From assembly GCA_017523725.1 (NCBI GenBank), contig JAFWVY010000058.1, positions 1 to 64,000 of the forward strand: a DNA stretch of 64,000 nt, given 5' to 3'. Made by a program: the position numbers and the translations under genes. The DNA is from Bacteroidales bacterium (lineage in GTDB: Bacteria > Bacteroidota > Bacteroidia > Bacteroidales > UBA4181). Below the pieces are notes generated by a model. The model made no database searches. It had not been told where the DNA came from and saw only the letters and a program-made list of their open reading frames with translations. This document shows positions 27,295 through 38,498 of this stretch, piece after piece; within the stretch, counting starts at the first letter, position 1; every line of letters begins with the position of its first letter.

Positions 27295-28464
27295 TTACGA
27301 TAATATTTCCTTGGCACCGTCGCCGATCTCCGCCACGTAGAAATCGGGGACAAGCCCGGTCGCCGCCGTATAGTTGGCCGCCACTTTCTCCTTGAAGTCC
27401 GCAATGGCATCCTTGTGGATCAGGCTGACCGTACAGCCGCCGAAACCTGCGCCAGTCATACGGGATCCGATGACGCCGTCGATCTTCCGGGCCTCTGCAA
27501 CCAGCGTATCCAGTTCGATGCCGGTGACCTCGTAGTCGTCGCGCAGCGAATCGTGCGACGCATTCATGAGCGCGCCGAACGCTTTCAGGTTTCCTGCCTT
27601 GAGTTCCTGCACCGCCACCTTGACACGCTCGTTCTCCGACACGGCGTGCCGTGCACGTGCCCGAATCACATCGCTGGATATCAGATGCTGACGCTTCTCA
27701 AATTCGGCGACGGACAATTCACACAAGAATTCTATCCGGCCGGCCTTGCTCAGTTCCTCGACCGCCCGGTCGCACTCACCGCGACGCTCGTTGTACTTCG
27801 AATCGGCCAGTCCGCGCCGTTTGTTCGTATTGGCAATGATGAGACGGTAATCGCCCAGCACGACCGGCACGAGTTCGTATTCCAGCGTATCGCATTTCAG
27901 GCGTATGGCAGCATCCTTCCGGCCCAGTCCCACTGCGAACTGATCCATGATGCCGCAATTGACACCCACGAAGCGGTTTTCTGCACGCTGCGACGCCTTG
28001 ACCAATTCGATGCGGTCGAGTCCCAGCCCGTACAGTTCGTTGAAGGCATAGGCCGTGAGCACCTCAATCGAAGCCGAAGAAGAAAGCCCGGCGCCGTTCG
28101 GGATATTGCCCGCATAGAGCAGGTCCTGACCGGAGGGGTTCAGGCCGGCCGCCAGCAGTTCGTTGATGACGCCCAGCGGATAGTTGACCCAGGCGCCTCC
28201 CGGCAGTTTTTCAGTAATGGCATCCAGTTCCACCGTCGCCTTGAAATCGAAGTTGGTGCTGGCAAAACGGAGTGCCGGCAATCCGGACGGCCGGATGACG
28301 AGATAGGTTCCGAAACTGAGGGCGCACGGAAAGACCATGCCGCCGTTGTAATCGGTATGCTCGCCGATGAGATTGACACGCCCCGGGCAGAAGAACACGC
28401 GCAGGCCGGTCTCGTCGCCGCCGTAAAGCGCAATGAATTGTTTTTTGAGATCTGTAATATCCAT
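27295..28464 (-). CDS. galK: Galactokinase
   Basis: GHMP kinase motifs: galactokinase signature GRVNLIGEHTDYNGG, PNGAGLSSSASIEV, and C-terminal GSRMTGAGFGGCTVSL. Start at ATG 28464 (MDITDLKK...); an alternative ATG at 28500 would add 12 aa. Confidence 0.9.
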   Translation of the reverse strand: MDITDLKKQFIALYGGDETGLRVFFCPGRVNLIGEHTDYNGGMVFPCALSFGTYLVIRPSGLPALRFASTNFDFKATVELDAITEKLPGGAWVNYPLGVINELLAAGLNPSGQDLLYAGNIPNGAGLSSSASIEVLTAYAFNELYGLGLDRIELVKASQRAENRFVGVNCGIMDQFAVGLGRKDAAIRLKCDTLEYELVPVVLGDYRLIIANTNKRRGLADSKYNERRGECDRAVEELSKAGRIEFLCELSVAEFEKRQHLISSDVIRARARHAVSENERVKVAVQELKAGNLKAFGALMNASHDSLRDDYEVTGIELDTLVAEARKIDGVIGSRMTGAGFGGCTVSLIHKDAIADFKEKVAANYTAATGLVPDFYVAEIGDGAKEILS

Positions 28465-28580
28465 GTCGATAAGTTTGATTGTAAATGTTTGGCTGTCCAA
28501 CGTACGGACAAGCAGACAAAGATAACTATTTGCTTAAATTTTTTAATACATTCTTAACACCGTTTAATGCGGAAACCTGT

Positions 28581-28588
28581 TAATTTTG
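28581..28588 (+). promoter_or_regulatory. Candidate -7 promoter element (TAatTTTG) upstream of moxR and the Bat locus
   Basis: taattttg, 55 nt upstream of the moxR ATG, matches TAnnTTTG. Confidence 0.3.
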
Positions 28589-28642
28589 CAATCTATCTTT
28601 CAAAAAGATTGTTTTACCGCGAAGCTTACTAAAACAGATAAC

Positions 28643-29638
<996 letters not shown>

Positions 29639-29654
29639 CAGAGGAGGCGACGCG

Positions 29655-30518
29655 ATGAATGCATCCGAATTGCTGCAACAAGTCCGCAAGATAGAAATCA
29701 AGACCCGGGGTCTGTCGAAACAGATCTTCGCCGGAGAGTACCAGAGTGCCTTCAAAGGACGCGGCATGACCTTCAGCGAAGTACGTGAGTACCAGTACGG
29801 TGACGATATCCGTAACATCGACTGGAACGTCACGGCGCGTTTCAACAAACCCTATGTCAAGATTTTCGAGGAGGAACGCGAACTCACCGTCATGCTGATC
29901 ATCGATGTGAGCGGCTCGCGCGAATTCGGAACGGCTGTCCGCCAGAAACAGACCCTGATCGCGGAACTCTCCGCCGTCCTTTCGTTCTCGGCCATCCAGA
30001 ACAATGACAAGGTCGGTGTCATCATGTTTTCGGACAAGGTGGAGAAATTCATCCCGCCCAAGAAAGGCCGGCAGCATATCCTGCGCATTATTCGGGAACT
30101 GATAGATTTCCAACCGGAAAACCGTGGCACAGACATTGCGGCCGCCGTGCGTTACTTCACCAATGTAACGAAAAAAAGATGCACCGCATTCCTGATTTCG
30201 GATTTCATGAGCGCCCCGTTCCTGGACGACCTGCGGCTGGCCGCACGGAAGCACGACATGATTGCCCTGCGCATCTACGACCGCCGGGAGACGGAACTGC
30301 CCGCCATCGGACTGGTGCAGATGAAGGATGCCGAGACCGGACAGATACGCTACGTTGACACGTCCTCCCGGCAGGTACGCGAGGCCTACCGGAAGTACTG
30401 GGAAGAATGCCAGCGCAAAATCGATGAGACCTTCATGCACTGCGGCATGGACAATATCTTCATCCGGACGGACGAAGACTATGTAAAACCCCTTGTAAAA
30501 CTGTTCAAGAAACGATGA
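29655..30518 (+). CDS. DUF58 domain protein (vWA-like fold; MoxR partner)
   Basis: FKGRGMTFSEVREYQYGDDIRNIDWNVTAR...MLIIDVSGS is the canonical DUF58 core. It follows moxR with a 16-nt gap. Confidence 0.85.
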   Translation: MNASELLQQVRKIEIKTRGLSKQIFAGEYQSAFKGRGMTFSEVREYQYGDDIRNIDWNVTARFNKPYVKIFEEERELTVMLIIDVSGSREFGTAVRQKQTLIAELSAVLSFSAIQNNDKVGVIMFSDKVEKFIPPKKGRQHILRIIRELIDFQPENRGTDIAAAVRYFTNVTKKRCTAFLISDFMSAPFLDDLRLAARKHDMIALRIYDRRETELPAIGLVQMKDAETGQIRYVDTSSRQVREAYRKYWEECQRKIDETFMHCGMDNIFIRTDEDYVKPLVKLFKKR

Positions 30519-31552
30519 GAAACGTCCTGACCGTATTGTCTCTCCTGCTTGTCCTGCTCCTGCCGCCCTTCGCGGGCGTACGGGCGCAGACTGCACAGTT
30601 GGACGTGCGGTTTGACAGCACCTACATCCTCATTGGAGACCAGATCGGATTCCATGTAGTGCTGGAACAGTCCGGACCTGTGACTGTGACCTTCCCGGAA
30701 TGGAAGGATACGCTCATCAAGGCCATCGAAATCCTCAAAGTCGCGCCGCGCGACACCGCCGCCACCCAAGACGGCCGGCTGAGGATTTCACAAGATCTGG
30801 TCATCACCAGTTTCGACAGCGGACTGCACTTCGTGCCTCCCATCCCCTTCCCGCTGTACGCCGGCGGGACGCGCGACACCCTGTTCAGCCCGGTCGCCGG
30901 ATTGCAGGTGTTTTCGCTGCCGCTCGACACGGCGCAAGCCATCTTCGATATCAAACCGGTCTACAGGATGCCCGTGACAATCAGCGAGATATGGGCTGTC
31001 GCACGATGGGTTCTGCTGGGCATGCTGCTGCTGGCCGCACTCATTTTCCTGTGGCTCGTGGCTGTCAGGAAGAAGAAGCCCCTCGAGCTTTTCCGCACCC
31101 GTGTCATCGAGCCGCCGCACGTAGTGGCGCTCCGGGACCTGGAACAGCTGCGGGGCGAAAAACTCTGGCAGAACGGCCAGATCAAGCCGTACTACACCCG
31201 GCTGACCGACATCGTCCGCACCTATATCAGCGGCCGGTACGGTGTCAACGCCATGGAATCCACTTCGGAAGAAATCCTCGCCGGACTGAAGGACGTCGGT
31301 TTCAATGACGCGCTTCTGTACGGCAAGCTGGAGCGGATGTTCTCCTGTGCAGACCTGGTCAAATTCGCGAAGATGACTCCGCATCCGACCGAAAACGACA
31401 CCTATATGCTGGATGCCGTCTTGTTCGTCAACACCACCAAACGGTCCGAACAGCCCGAAACCGTGCAGGAATCCGTACCGGCAGATGACGCCGAAACGGC
31501 TGGAAATGAAGAAACGGTGCAAAAGGACACCCCAAAAGACAGCGGACAATGA
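30515..31552 (+). CDS. Hypothetical membrane protein of the Bat locus (signal peptide plus one internal TM helix)
   Basis: Signal peptide MRNVLTVLSLLLVLLLPPFAGVRAQ and a TM helix WAVARWVLLGMLLLAALIFLWLVAV. Its position between DUF58 and batA matches the conserved Bacteroidetes locus. Confidence 0.6.
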   Translation: MRNVLTVLSLLLVLLLPPFAGVRAQTAQLDVRFDSTYILIGDQIGFHVVLEQSGPVTVTFPEWKDTLIKAIEILKVAPRDTAATQDGRLRISQDLVITSFDSGLHFVPPIPFPLYAGGTRDTLFSPVAGLQVFSLPLDTAQAIFDIKPVYRMPVTISEIWAVARWVLLGMLLLAALIFLWLVAVRKKKPLELFRTRVIEPPHVVALRDLEQLRGEKLWQNGQIKPYYTRLTDIVRTYISGRYGVNAMESTSEEILAGLKDVGFNDALLYGKLERMFSCADLVKFAKMTPHPTENDTYMLDAVLFVNTTKRSEQPETVQESVPADDAETAGNEETVQKDTPKDSGQ

Positions 31553-32538
31553 GAGACCTTACCTTTGCATACCCCCTGTTTTTTTATCTGTTCCTGTTGT
31601 GGGCGGCGGTCATCGCATGGTATATCAGACACCACCGGCGACAGTATACCGCCATACAGATGTCGTCCCTGAAAGGCGTAGAACCGGTACGGACCCTGAG
31701 GGAGCGTCTCCGGCATCTCCCGTTCGCACTGCGCATGCTGACGCTGGCGCTCATCATCTGCATACTCGCCCGGCCACAGTCGTCAAACAACTGGACCTCC
31801 GAGACAACCGAAGGCATCGATATCATGCTGGCCGTTGACATATCGAGCAGTATGCTGGCACAGGACTTCAAACCGGACCGGCTGGAAGCAGCCAAGGAAG
31901 TCGCCGTATCGTTCATCTCAGGCCGGGAAACCGACCGGATGGGACTGGTGGTATTCAGCGGCGAAAGTTTCACGCAGTGTCCGCTGACAACCGACCGTAC
32001 CGTGCTGATCAACCTCCTCAGGGACATCCACAGCGGCATGATCGAGGACGGCACCGCCGTCGGTTCCGGACTGGCCACGGCCGTCAACCGCATCAAGGAC
32101 AGCGATGCCAAGAGCAAAGTCATCATCCTGCTCACCGATGGTGTGAACAACCGGGGTTCGGTCGCACCGATGACGGCCGCCGAAATCACCCGGACCTTCG
32201 GCATCCGCGTCTATACCATCGGCGTCGGCTCGGAAGGCATGGCGCCCTATCCGGTCCAGACACCGTACGGCGTACAGATGCAGCGGCTCAAGACCGAAAT
32301 CGACGAGCAGCTGCTGACCGACATTGCCGCCCAGACCGGCGGAAAATATTTCCGCGCCACAGACAACGAGAAACTGCGGGCCATCTACGAGGAAATCGAC
32401 CAGATGGAACGGTCGGTCATCCACACCGAAGAACATCACAAGAAGCAGGAGGAGTTCTTCCGGTTCGCCCTGCTGGCCTGCTGCTGTCTGATTCTGGAAA
32501 TATTGCTCAGATACACTTTTTTGAAAACGTTGCCCTAA
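31549..32538 (+). CDS. batA: Aerotolerance protein BatA (vWA domain membrane protein)
   Basis: Two N-terminal TM helices, a vWA domain with MIDAS motif (DIMLAVDISSSM ... LLTDGVNN) and a C-terminal TM segment. Confidence 0.85.
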   Translation: MRDLTFAYPLFFYLFLLWAAVIAWYIRHHRRQYTAIQMSSLKGVEPVRTLRERLRHLPFALRMLTLALIICILARPQSSNNWTSETTEGIDIMLAVDISSSMLAQDFKPDRLEAAKEVAVSFISGRETDRMGLVVFSGESFTQCPLTTDRTVLINLLRDIHSGMIEDGTAVGSGLATAVNRIKDSDAKSKVIILLTDGVNNRGSVAPMTAAEITRTFGIRVYTIGVGSEGMAPYPVQTPYGVQMQRLKTEIDEQLLTDIAAQTGGKYFRATDNEKLRAIYEEIDQMERSVIHTEEHHKKQEEFFRFALLACCCLILEILLRYTFLKTLP

Positions 32539-32548
32539 TCCCGCCCGT

Positions 32549-34342
32549 ATGTTTCAGTTTGCATATCCGTCCGTTCTCTTTCTGCTGTGCCTGATTCCGG
32601 TGTTCGCGGTGCTGTTTTTCCATGCCGCGGTGCAACGGCGGCGCCGGCTGGCGCGTTTCGGCGACAAAGAACTGCTGGAGCAATGGATGCCCGACCTGCC
32701 GGTGCACAAACCGACGGTCCGGTTCCTGCTCACCATGCTGGCATTCGCCGGCGCCGTCATCGGAACGGCCGGGCCGCGATACGGCACAAGGCTTCAGGAG
32801 GAAAAACGGAGCGGCACCGACATCATCATCGCATTGGACGTATCGAACAGCATGCGGGCCAGGGATATTGAGCCCAACCGGCTGGATCGGAGCAAACAGG
32901 CCCTCTCCCGCCTGATCGACCGGCTGTCGGACGACCGGCTGGGACTGGTTGTCTTTGCCGGTGAAGCCTACACGCAGCTGCCCATCACGACCGACTATGT
33001 GTCGGCCAAGATGTTCCTGAACTCCATCAATCCCGACATGGTCCCGGTGCAGGGCACTGCCATCGGTGCCGCACTGCGGTTGGCCATGAATTCGTTTTCG
33101 CCCGACAGCAAGGCGGGCAAGACCGTCATCGTCATCACCGACGGGGAAAACCATGAGGACAATCCCGTGGATGTCGCCCGGAAAGCGGCGGAGGAAGGCA
33201 TCGTCATCCACGCCATCGGCGTGGGATCGCTGCAGGGCAGTCCCATCCCCAGGGATGACACGGGCACCGACTACTGGAAGGATGGCAGCGGGCAGGTCGT
33301 CGTATCCAAACTGGACGAAAAGACGCTGCAGGAAATGACAGCCGTCACGGGGGGCGTGTATGTCCGCGCCTCCACAGCCAACATGGGCCTCAACACCATT
33401 TTCGATGAAATCCAGAAGGCGGACACCGAAGTCCGCACGGTCAAGACCTACGCCGAGTACGCGCATGTCTTCCAATGGGTGTTCGGTCTGGTCTTCCTGC
33501 TGTTGCTCATCGGACTGCTGATGTCCGGCAAGCGCAGCCGCACCGGCATCTTCCAGCTCTCGGTACACACCAAAGGCATCGTGTTGCTGTCCGGGTTGAT
33601 GACGCTCGGATTGCAGACACCGGCCGCCGCCCAGGAATTCCGGAAAGAAATCCGTCAGGGCAACCATCTGTACGAGAAACATCCTGACGAAGCGGAAATC
33701 CATTACCGGAAAGCCATCGAAGCCAATCCCCGGTCGCCAGAGGCCGTTTACAACCTGGGCAATGCGCTTTTCAAGCAGGAAAAATACGGCGATGCGGCCA
33801 AGTCTTACAAAGATGCCGCCGGCATGATGGACGGCGAAAAAGATCTGGCCCGCACCATGTACAATCTGGGCAACGCCATGCTGGCGGACGGAAAACTCGA
33901 CGAGAGCATCGAGGCTTACAAGGAATCGCTGCGCAAGGACCCGACCGACATGGAAGCCAAGTACAACCTGTCCTACGCATTGCACCTGAGGCAGCAGCAA
34001 CCCCCGCAGGACCAGAATCAAAATGGTCAGGATCAAGACCAGAACCAGGACAACAATCAGAATCAGAATCAGAATAACAATCAAGACCAGAATCAGGATC
34101 AAAAACAGGATCAGGATCAAAATCAAGACAACAATCAGGACCAGAACCAAGATAACAATCAGGACAACAATCCCGATAACGGACAGCAACCGCAGCCTTC
34201 AGGGGCACAGGAAGCCAGCATTTCGCCCGAGGACGCACAGCGCATCCTTGATGCCTTGCAGCAGGACGAACAGGAATTGCAGGACAACATGAAGAAAGAA
34301 GAAGGGCAGGGAGTCCGGAGAACCATCGAAAAAAATTGGTGA
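32549..34342 (+). CDS. batB: Fused BatB (vWA) / BatC (TPR) protein with a Q/D/N-rich low-complexity C-terminal tail
   Basis: vWA/MIDAS (DIIIALDVSNSM ... VITDGENH), a mid-protein TM helix (VFGLVFLLLLIGLLM), TPR repeats (AVYNLGNALFKQEKYGDAAKSYKDAA, TMYNLGNAMLADGKLDESIEAYKESLRKDP), then a roughly 70-aa Q/D/N tract. One continuous 597-aa ORF covers what are two separate genes in Bacteroides fragilis. Confidence 0.8.
   Translation: MFQFAYPSVLFLLCLIPVFAVLFFHAAVQRRRRLARFGDKELLEQWMPDLPVHKPTVRFLLTMLAFAGAVIGTAGPRYGTRLQEEKRSGTDIIIALDVSNSMRARDIEPNRLDRSKQALSRLIDRLSDDRLGLVVFAGEAYTQLPITTDYVSAKMFLNSINPDMVPVQGTAIGAALRLAMNSFSPDSKAGKTVIVITDGENHEDNPVDVARKAAEEGIVIHAIGVGSLQGSPIPRDDTGTDYWKDGSGQVVVSKLDEKTLQEMTAVTGGVYVRASTANMGLNTIFDEIQKADTEVRTVKTYAEYAHVFQWVFGLVFLLLLIGLLMSGKRSRTGIFQLSVHTKGIVLLSGLMTLGLQTPAAAQEFRKEIRQGNHLYEKHPDEAEIHYRKAIEANPRSPEAVYNLGNALFKQEKYGDAAKSYKDAAGMMDGEKDLARTMYNLGNAMLADGKLDESIEAYKESLRKDPTDMEAKYNLSYALHLRQQQPPQDQNQNGQDQDQNQDNNQNQNQNNNQDQNQDQKQDQDQNQDNNQDQNQDNNQDNNPDNGQQPQPSGAQEASISPEDAQRILDALQQDEQELQDNMKKEEGQGVRRTIEKNW
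34000..34190 (+). repeat. Imperfect tandem/low-complexity repeat in coding DNA (cag/gac/aat-rich) encoding the Q/D/N tail of BatB/C
   Basis: Units such as caggaccagaatcaa, caggatcaagaccagaaccag and aatcagaatcagaatcag recur across about 190 bp. Confidence 0.7.
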
Positions 34343-36267
34343 TGAGACACGCAGAATACATAAACAAGTGCCGCGGCGCAGCACGCATCTTCGCAAAGTA
34401 TTTGCTGGGGCTGTGCCTCTGCATGTCGCTGGGCGTGGCCGAAGCCGGTGCACAGATCATCAAGATGACGGCAGAAGCTCCGTCGGTCGTAGAAGTCGGC
34501 GAACGGTTCAACCTGGTCTATACGGTCAGCATCAGCGATGCATCGCCGACCGCCGCACTGAGGAACGCCGAGTTCGAGACCTCCTTCCCGACCATCCGCG
34601 GTTTCACGGTTGTCAACCGGAACCCCTACAGAAGCCAGTCGTCCCAGATATCCACCATCCAGGGGAAAATGCAGAGTTCGCAGGAAGTGTCATTCACCTT
34701 TGTCCTGCAGGCCGAGGTGCCCGGCCGCTTCACCATCGACGCTGCAAGCTGCAAAATCAAAGGGGCCACCTATACTTCGAACAGCCTTTCCATCGAAGTG
34801 GTACAGGGTAACCGGTCTGGTTCAGGGAGCCAGACACCGTCCGGATCCGGCAGTGCCGGAGCGAATGCACGAAGCAACGCAGATGCCCAGGCTCAAAACT
34901 CAGGATCCGGCAACAGCCTGTATTTCAGAGTTCAGACGAGCAAGCGCACCGCCTATCAGGGAGAAGCCCTGACGGCGCAGGTCAAGTTATTCGCCAAAGT
35001 TTCGGTATCGTCTCTGCAGGCATTGAACCTGCCGTCGTTCGAAGGATTCTACAAGCAGGAAGTGACCATCCCGCCACTGACCAAGCTGACACGCGAGAAT
35101 GTGGACGGCGAAGTGTACGGCACCGGTGTGCTGACCAAGTACGTACTCTTTCCGCAGAAAACAGGCAACCTCACCATCGGAGCCGCCACCATGGACGTGG
35201 AATTCGCCCAGAGAGTGCAGAGTTCTCCCGGATCCTTCTTCGGATTCGACGACTTCTTCCTGCCCCAGACGCAGTACGTGACCCGCACGCTCACCTCGCC
35301 TGAAGTAACCGTCAACGTCCTGCCTCTGCCGACGGAAAACCGCCCGGCCGGATTCAACGGTGCGGTCGGACAGTTCACCCTGAAAGCCCAGATGGACAAG
35401 ACCTCGCTCAAGGCGAACGAGACGGCCACGCTGAAACTGACCCTGAGCGGCAAAGGCAACCTCAAACTGTTCAACATGCCGAAGGGTACGTTGCCGCCCG
35501 ACTTTGACACCTACGACCCGAAAGTGACGAACAACATTCAGGACGATGGTATCACAGGGACAAAAACCGCTGAATACCTGATGATTCCGCGACACGAGGG
35601 CACTTATGTCATTCCGGCACTCACATTCAGTTATTTCGATCCGCAGGCGGCCGCATACCGCACCCTGACCACCGAAAGTTTCACACTGAACGTCGAGAAG
35701 GGTGACGAACTGCTCGGCGGAACGTCCATGGTGAGCGGTCTGTCGAGAGAAGACCTGAAATTCCTCGGGCAGGATATCCATTACATTCACACCCGACCGC
35801 AACAGTTCACCGGGAAAGACCGCATCTTTCTCTTTTCCGGCAGATTCTTCGCATGGATTCTGGCACTGGCAGGCCTGTTCCTGCTGACCGTCCTGCTCAG
35901 CCGGCGCCACATCCGGCGCAATGCCGATGAAACGGCACGCCGCTACCGCCATGCCGGCCGGGCGGCACTCAAACGGCTCCGGACTGCCCGCGATGCCATG
36001 CACCGCAACGAAGTGGAACGTTTCTACGAGGAAGTGTCGAAAGCCTTGTGGGGATTCCTGAGTGACAAACTGTCCATCCCCGTTGCAGAACTCTCCCGAT
36101 CAACGGCCGAAGAGGCGATGCGTGCACGCGGCACCGGCGAGGAAACCATCCAGGCGTTCGGCCGGCTCATCGACACCTGCGAGATGGCCCGCTATGCGCC
36201 TTCCGCCGTTTCCCACGACCTGAAAGCGGTCTATTCGGATGCAGCCCGTTTCATTTCCAAAGTCTGA
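34342..36267 (+). CDS. batD: Aerotolerance protein BatD (oxygen tolerance protein)
   Basis: Signal peptide, large beta-rich periplasmic region, C-terminal TM helix (FFAWILALAGLFLLTVLL) and a cytoplasmic tail; 641 aa. ATG at 34342 overlaps the batB stop (tgATG). Confidence 0.8.
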   Translation: MRHAEYINKCRGAARIFAKYLLGLCLCMSLGVAEAGAQIIKMTAEAPSVVEVGERFNLVYTVSISDASPTAALRNAEFETSFPTIRGFTVVNRNPYRSQSSQISTIQGKMQSSQEVSFTFVLQAEVPGRFTIDAASCKIKGATYTSNSLSIEVVQGNRSGSGSQTPSGSGSAGANARSNADAQAQNSGSGNSLYFRVQTSKRTAYQGEALTAQVKLFAKVSVSSLQALNLPSFEGFYKQEVTIPPLTKLTRENVDGEVYGTGVLTKYVLFPQKTGNLTIGAATMDVEFAQRVQSSPGSFFGFDDFFLPQTQYVTRTLTSPEVTVNVLPLPTENRPAGFNGAVGQFTLKAQMDKTSLKANETATLKLTLSGKGNLKLFNMPKGTLPPDFDTYDPKVTNNIQDDGITGTKTAEYLMIPRHEGTYVIPALTFSYFDPQAAAYRTLTTESFTLNVEKGDELLGGTSMVSGLSREDLKFLGQDIHYIHTRPQQFTGKDRIFLFSGRFFAWILALAGLFLLTVLLSRRHIRRNADETARRYRHAGRAALKRLRTARDAMHRNEVERFYEEVSKALWGFLSDKLSIPVAELSRSTAEEAMRARGTGEETIQAFGRLIDTCEMARYAPSAVSHDLKAVYSDAARFISKV

Positions 36268-36271
36268 CAAC

Positions 36272-37156
36272 ATGATTCAAAATACCATGATACAGAACCA
36301 TAACCGAAAAATGTTCCTTCGCAACGGACGATGCCTGGCGGTATCGCTCTGCCTGCTGTTGGCATGCGCAGGCATCCGGGCACAGGACAGCATCTCCGCT
36401 GACACCATGGAACTTCTGTCCACACAGCATCTGAACTCCCCCGCTGTTCCGGAACATTTCATCGCCGACTCCGTCTGGGCGGAAGCCGCACGCGACTATC
36501 AGGCCGGCCGTTTCGACCAGGCACTGGAAAAGTACCGGGTTCTCGAACGCAACAATCTGATATCTGCCGACTTGTATTACAACATCGGGAATGTCTGCTT
36601 CCGGAACAGCGACATCAAACAGGCCATCCTGTACTACGAACGGGCCAGTCGGCTGGATCCCCGGAACGAAGACATCAAATACAACCTGGAACTGGCCAAC
36701 ACTTACATTACCGACCGCATAGAGGCGGTGGACGAGTTATTCCTGGTGACCTGGCTCAAGAAGGCCGGCAATCTTTTCGCCCTGACGCGCTGGTGCAGGC
36801 TGAACATTCTCTTTTTTGCGCTGACCCTGTTGTCCGTGACGGTCTTCCTGCTGTCGCGCATCGGCCCGCGCAAATACATCTCATTCTGGCTGGGATGCAT
36901 TTTCTTCATTCTGACCCTCTGCACATTCGCCGGCGCACTGTATCAATACAGGCGTGTGACGGACCAACGCGAAGCCATCGTTTTTTCCGCCTCGGTCACC
37001 GTCAAAAGTTCGCCGAACGAAAGCGGCAACAACCTGTTCATTCTCCACGAAGGCACGAAAGTGCGCATCGAGGACACGGTGGGCGACTGGTGCGAGATCC
37101 GTCTGCGCGACGGCAACAAGGGTTGGCTGCCCCGGACGGCGCTCGAAATCATCTGA
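36272..37156 (+). CDS. batE: Aerotolerance protein BatE (TPR plus SH3-like domain)
   Basis: Signal peptide, TPR repeats (LYYNIGNVCFRNSDIKQAILYYERASRLDP), TM helices and a C-terminal SH3-like domain (HEGTKVRIEDTVGDWCEIRLRDGNKGWL). ATG 36272 lies just after the batD stop; an alternative is ATG 36311. Confidence 0.75.
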   Translation: MIQNTMIQNHNRKMFLRNGRCLAVSLCLLLACAGIRAQDSISADTMELLSTQHLNSPAVPEHFIADSVWAEAARDYQAGRFDQALEKYRVLERNNLISADLYYNIGNVCFRNSDIKQAILYYERASRLDPRNEDIKYNLELANTYITDRIEAVDELFLVTWLKKAGNLFALTRWCRLNILFFALTLLSVTVFLLSRIGPRKYISFWLGCIFFILTLCTFAGALYQYRRVTDQREAIVFSASVTVKSSPNESGNNLFILHEGTKVRIEDTVGDWCEIRLRDGNKGWLPRTALEII

Positions 37157-38231
37157 CCGTCCTGCGTTCCAGCCGGACATAGACCGGCAGATGGTCGCTG
37201 TAGCCGCCGTGGTACTGTGGCCCCTGATACATCCGGAAAGGTTTCTTCCCGAGATAAGACCGGTCATCCTCCAGCAGATAGTCCGGCGAGAAGAGACGCA
37301 TGGCATCCGGTCGGACAAAAAGGCCCGACGGCGCGTTCAGAAAACCTTCCGACACTATCATCTGGTCCAGAAAATCCCATTGGCCCTGATATTTATATGA
37401 GCCTTTCTCCGTCCGGCGCAATTCGCAGGTCAAGTTGAACAGGGCGCCCGGCTGCAGGCCGTCGAAACGCTGTTCCGCCCGGAGATAGCGGGTTACACTC
37501 AGGTCGTCCGGCGTATCGTTGAAGTCGCCCATGATCAGGATCCGGGCCGACCGGTCGTCCCGCAAGACGGCATCCACCGCCCGGCGCAGCGTCCGGGCCG
37601 CTTGCTGGCGGAGCGGAGCAGACTCCCGTTCTCCCCCTCCCCGCGACGGCCAGTGATTGACGAAGAAATGGACGGTGTCCGTACCCAGCAGTGCCTCGAC
37701 ATGCAGAATGTCACGGGTCCGGCGGTCCGGCTGGCCGTCAAAACGCACCGGGAGCGCCGACGAATTCAACACCCGCACCAGATCCGTACGGTAAAGCAGC
37801 GCGACATCGATGCCGCGTGGATCCGGCGAATCGTAATGCACAGCCGCGTACCCCGCCCGCTTCAGCGGCGTATCCTCCATCAAGGCTTCCAACACCGCAC
37901 GGTTCTCGATTTCCGTCATCCCGACAATCGCCGGAGCCGACCAGCCGCCGACATGGGCGATGACTTCGTACAGATGCTGCAGTTTCTCCCGATAGTGCGA
38001 CAGGGTCCAGTGGTTGGTGCCGGACGGCGTGAATTCATTGTCCGACGTACGCGGATCGTCCTCAGTGTCGAACAGATTCTCAACGTTGTAACACATGACA
38101 ACATATTCGTCTGCCGATGCAGGAGGAGTCATTCCATCGGAAGACGCGGCAGATGCGCGGTCGGCCGGAACATTCCGGTAATAGAGGAACAGCAGAAGAG
38201 ACAGCATAAGCAGCAGCACCCATCCCGGCAT
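37149..38231 (-). CDS. Endonuclease/exonuclease/phosphatase (EEP) family protein, secreted or membrane-anchored
   Basis: Internal ATG 38231 (MPGWVLLLMLSLLLFLYY, signal/anchor). EEP motifs: VVMCYNVENLFD, GMTEIEN, ILIMGDFNDTPD, SDHLPVYVRL. Confidence 0.75.
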   Translation of the reverse strand: MPGWVLLLMLSLLLFLYYRNVPADRASAASSDGMTPPASADEYVVMCYNVENLFDTEDDPRTSDNEFTPSGTNHWTLSHYREKLQHLYEVIAHVGGWSAPAIVGMTEIENRAVLEALMEDTPLKRAGYAAVHYDSPDPRGIDVALLYRTDLVRVLNSSALPVRFDGQPDRRTRDILHVEALLGTDTVHFFVNHWPSRGGGERESAPLRQQAARTLRRAVDAVLRDDRSARILIMGDFNDTPDDLSVTRYLRAEQRFDGLQPGALFNLTCELRRTEKGSYKYQGQWDFLDQMIVSEGFLNAPSGLFVRPDAMRLFSPDYLLEDDRSYLGKKPFRMYQGPQYHGGYSDHLPVYVRLERRTVR

Positions 38232-38450
38232 ACGTTTCTTTTGCCGCACCGGAGTGGTGTTTCCAAAGTGCCGTCGGTCGGCATATACAGCCGGACGGCC
38301 TGACTGAGAGCGGGATGATATGGACATATGTTCCTATTTTATTAGTCAGAAATCAAGGGACGAAAATAACACATTCCGCCCAATAATCGTCCGGCCATTT
38401 TTTAAATTTTATTATGATTTCCCGCAGAAGGAAAAAGACATGAAAACCGC

Positions 38451-38458
38451 TATATTTG
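38451..38458 (+). promoter_or_regulatory. Candidate -7 promoter element (TAtaTTTG) upstream of the RND efflux operon
   Basis: tatatttg, 41 nt upstream of the membrane fusion protein ATG at 38499. Confidence 0.3.
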
Positions 38459-38498
38459 CATAATTTAAAGGGTTCGTCCATTTAAGAATTCAGACTTT

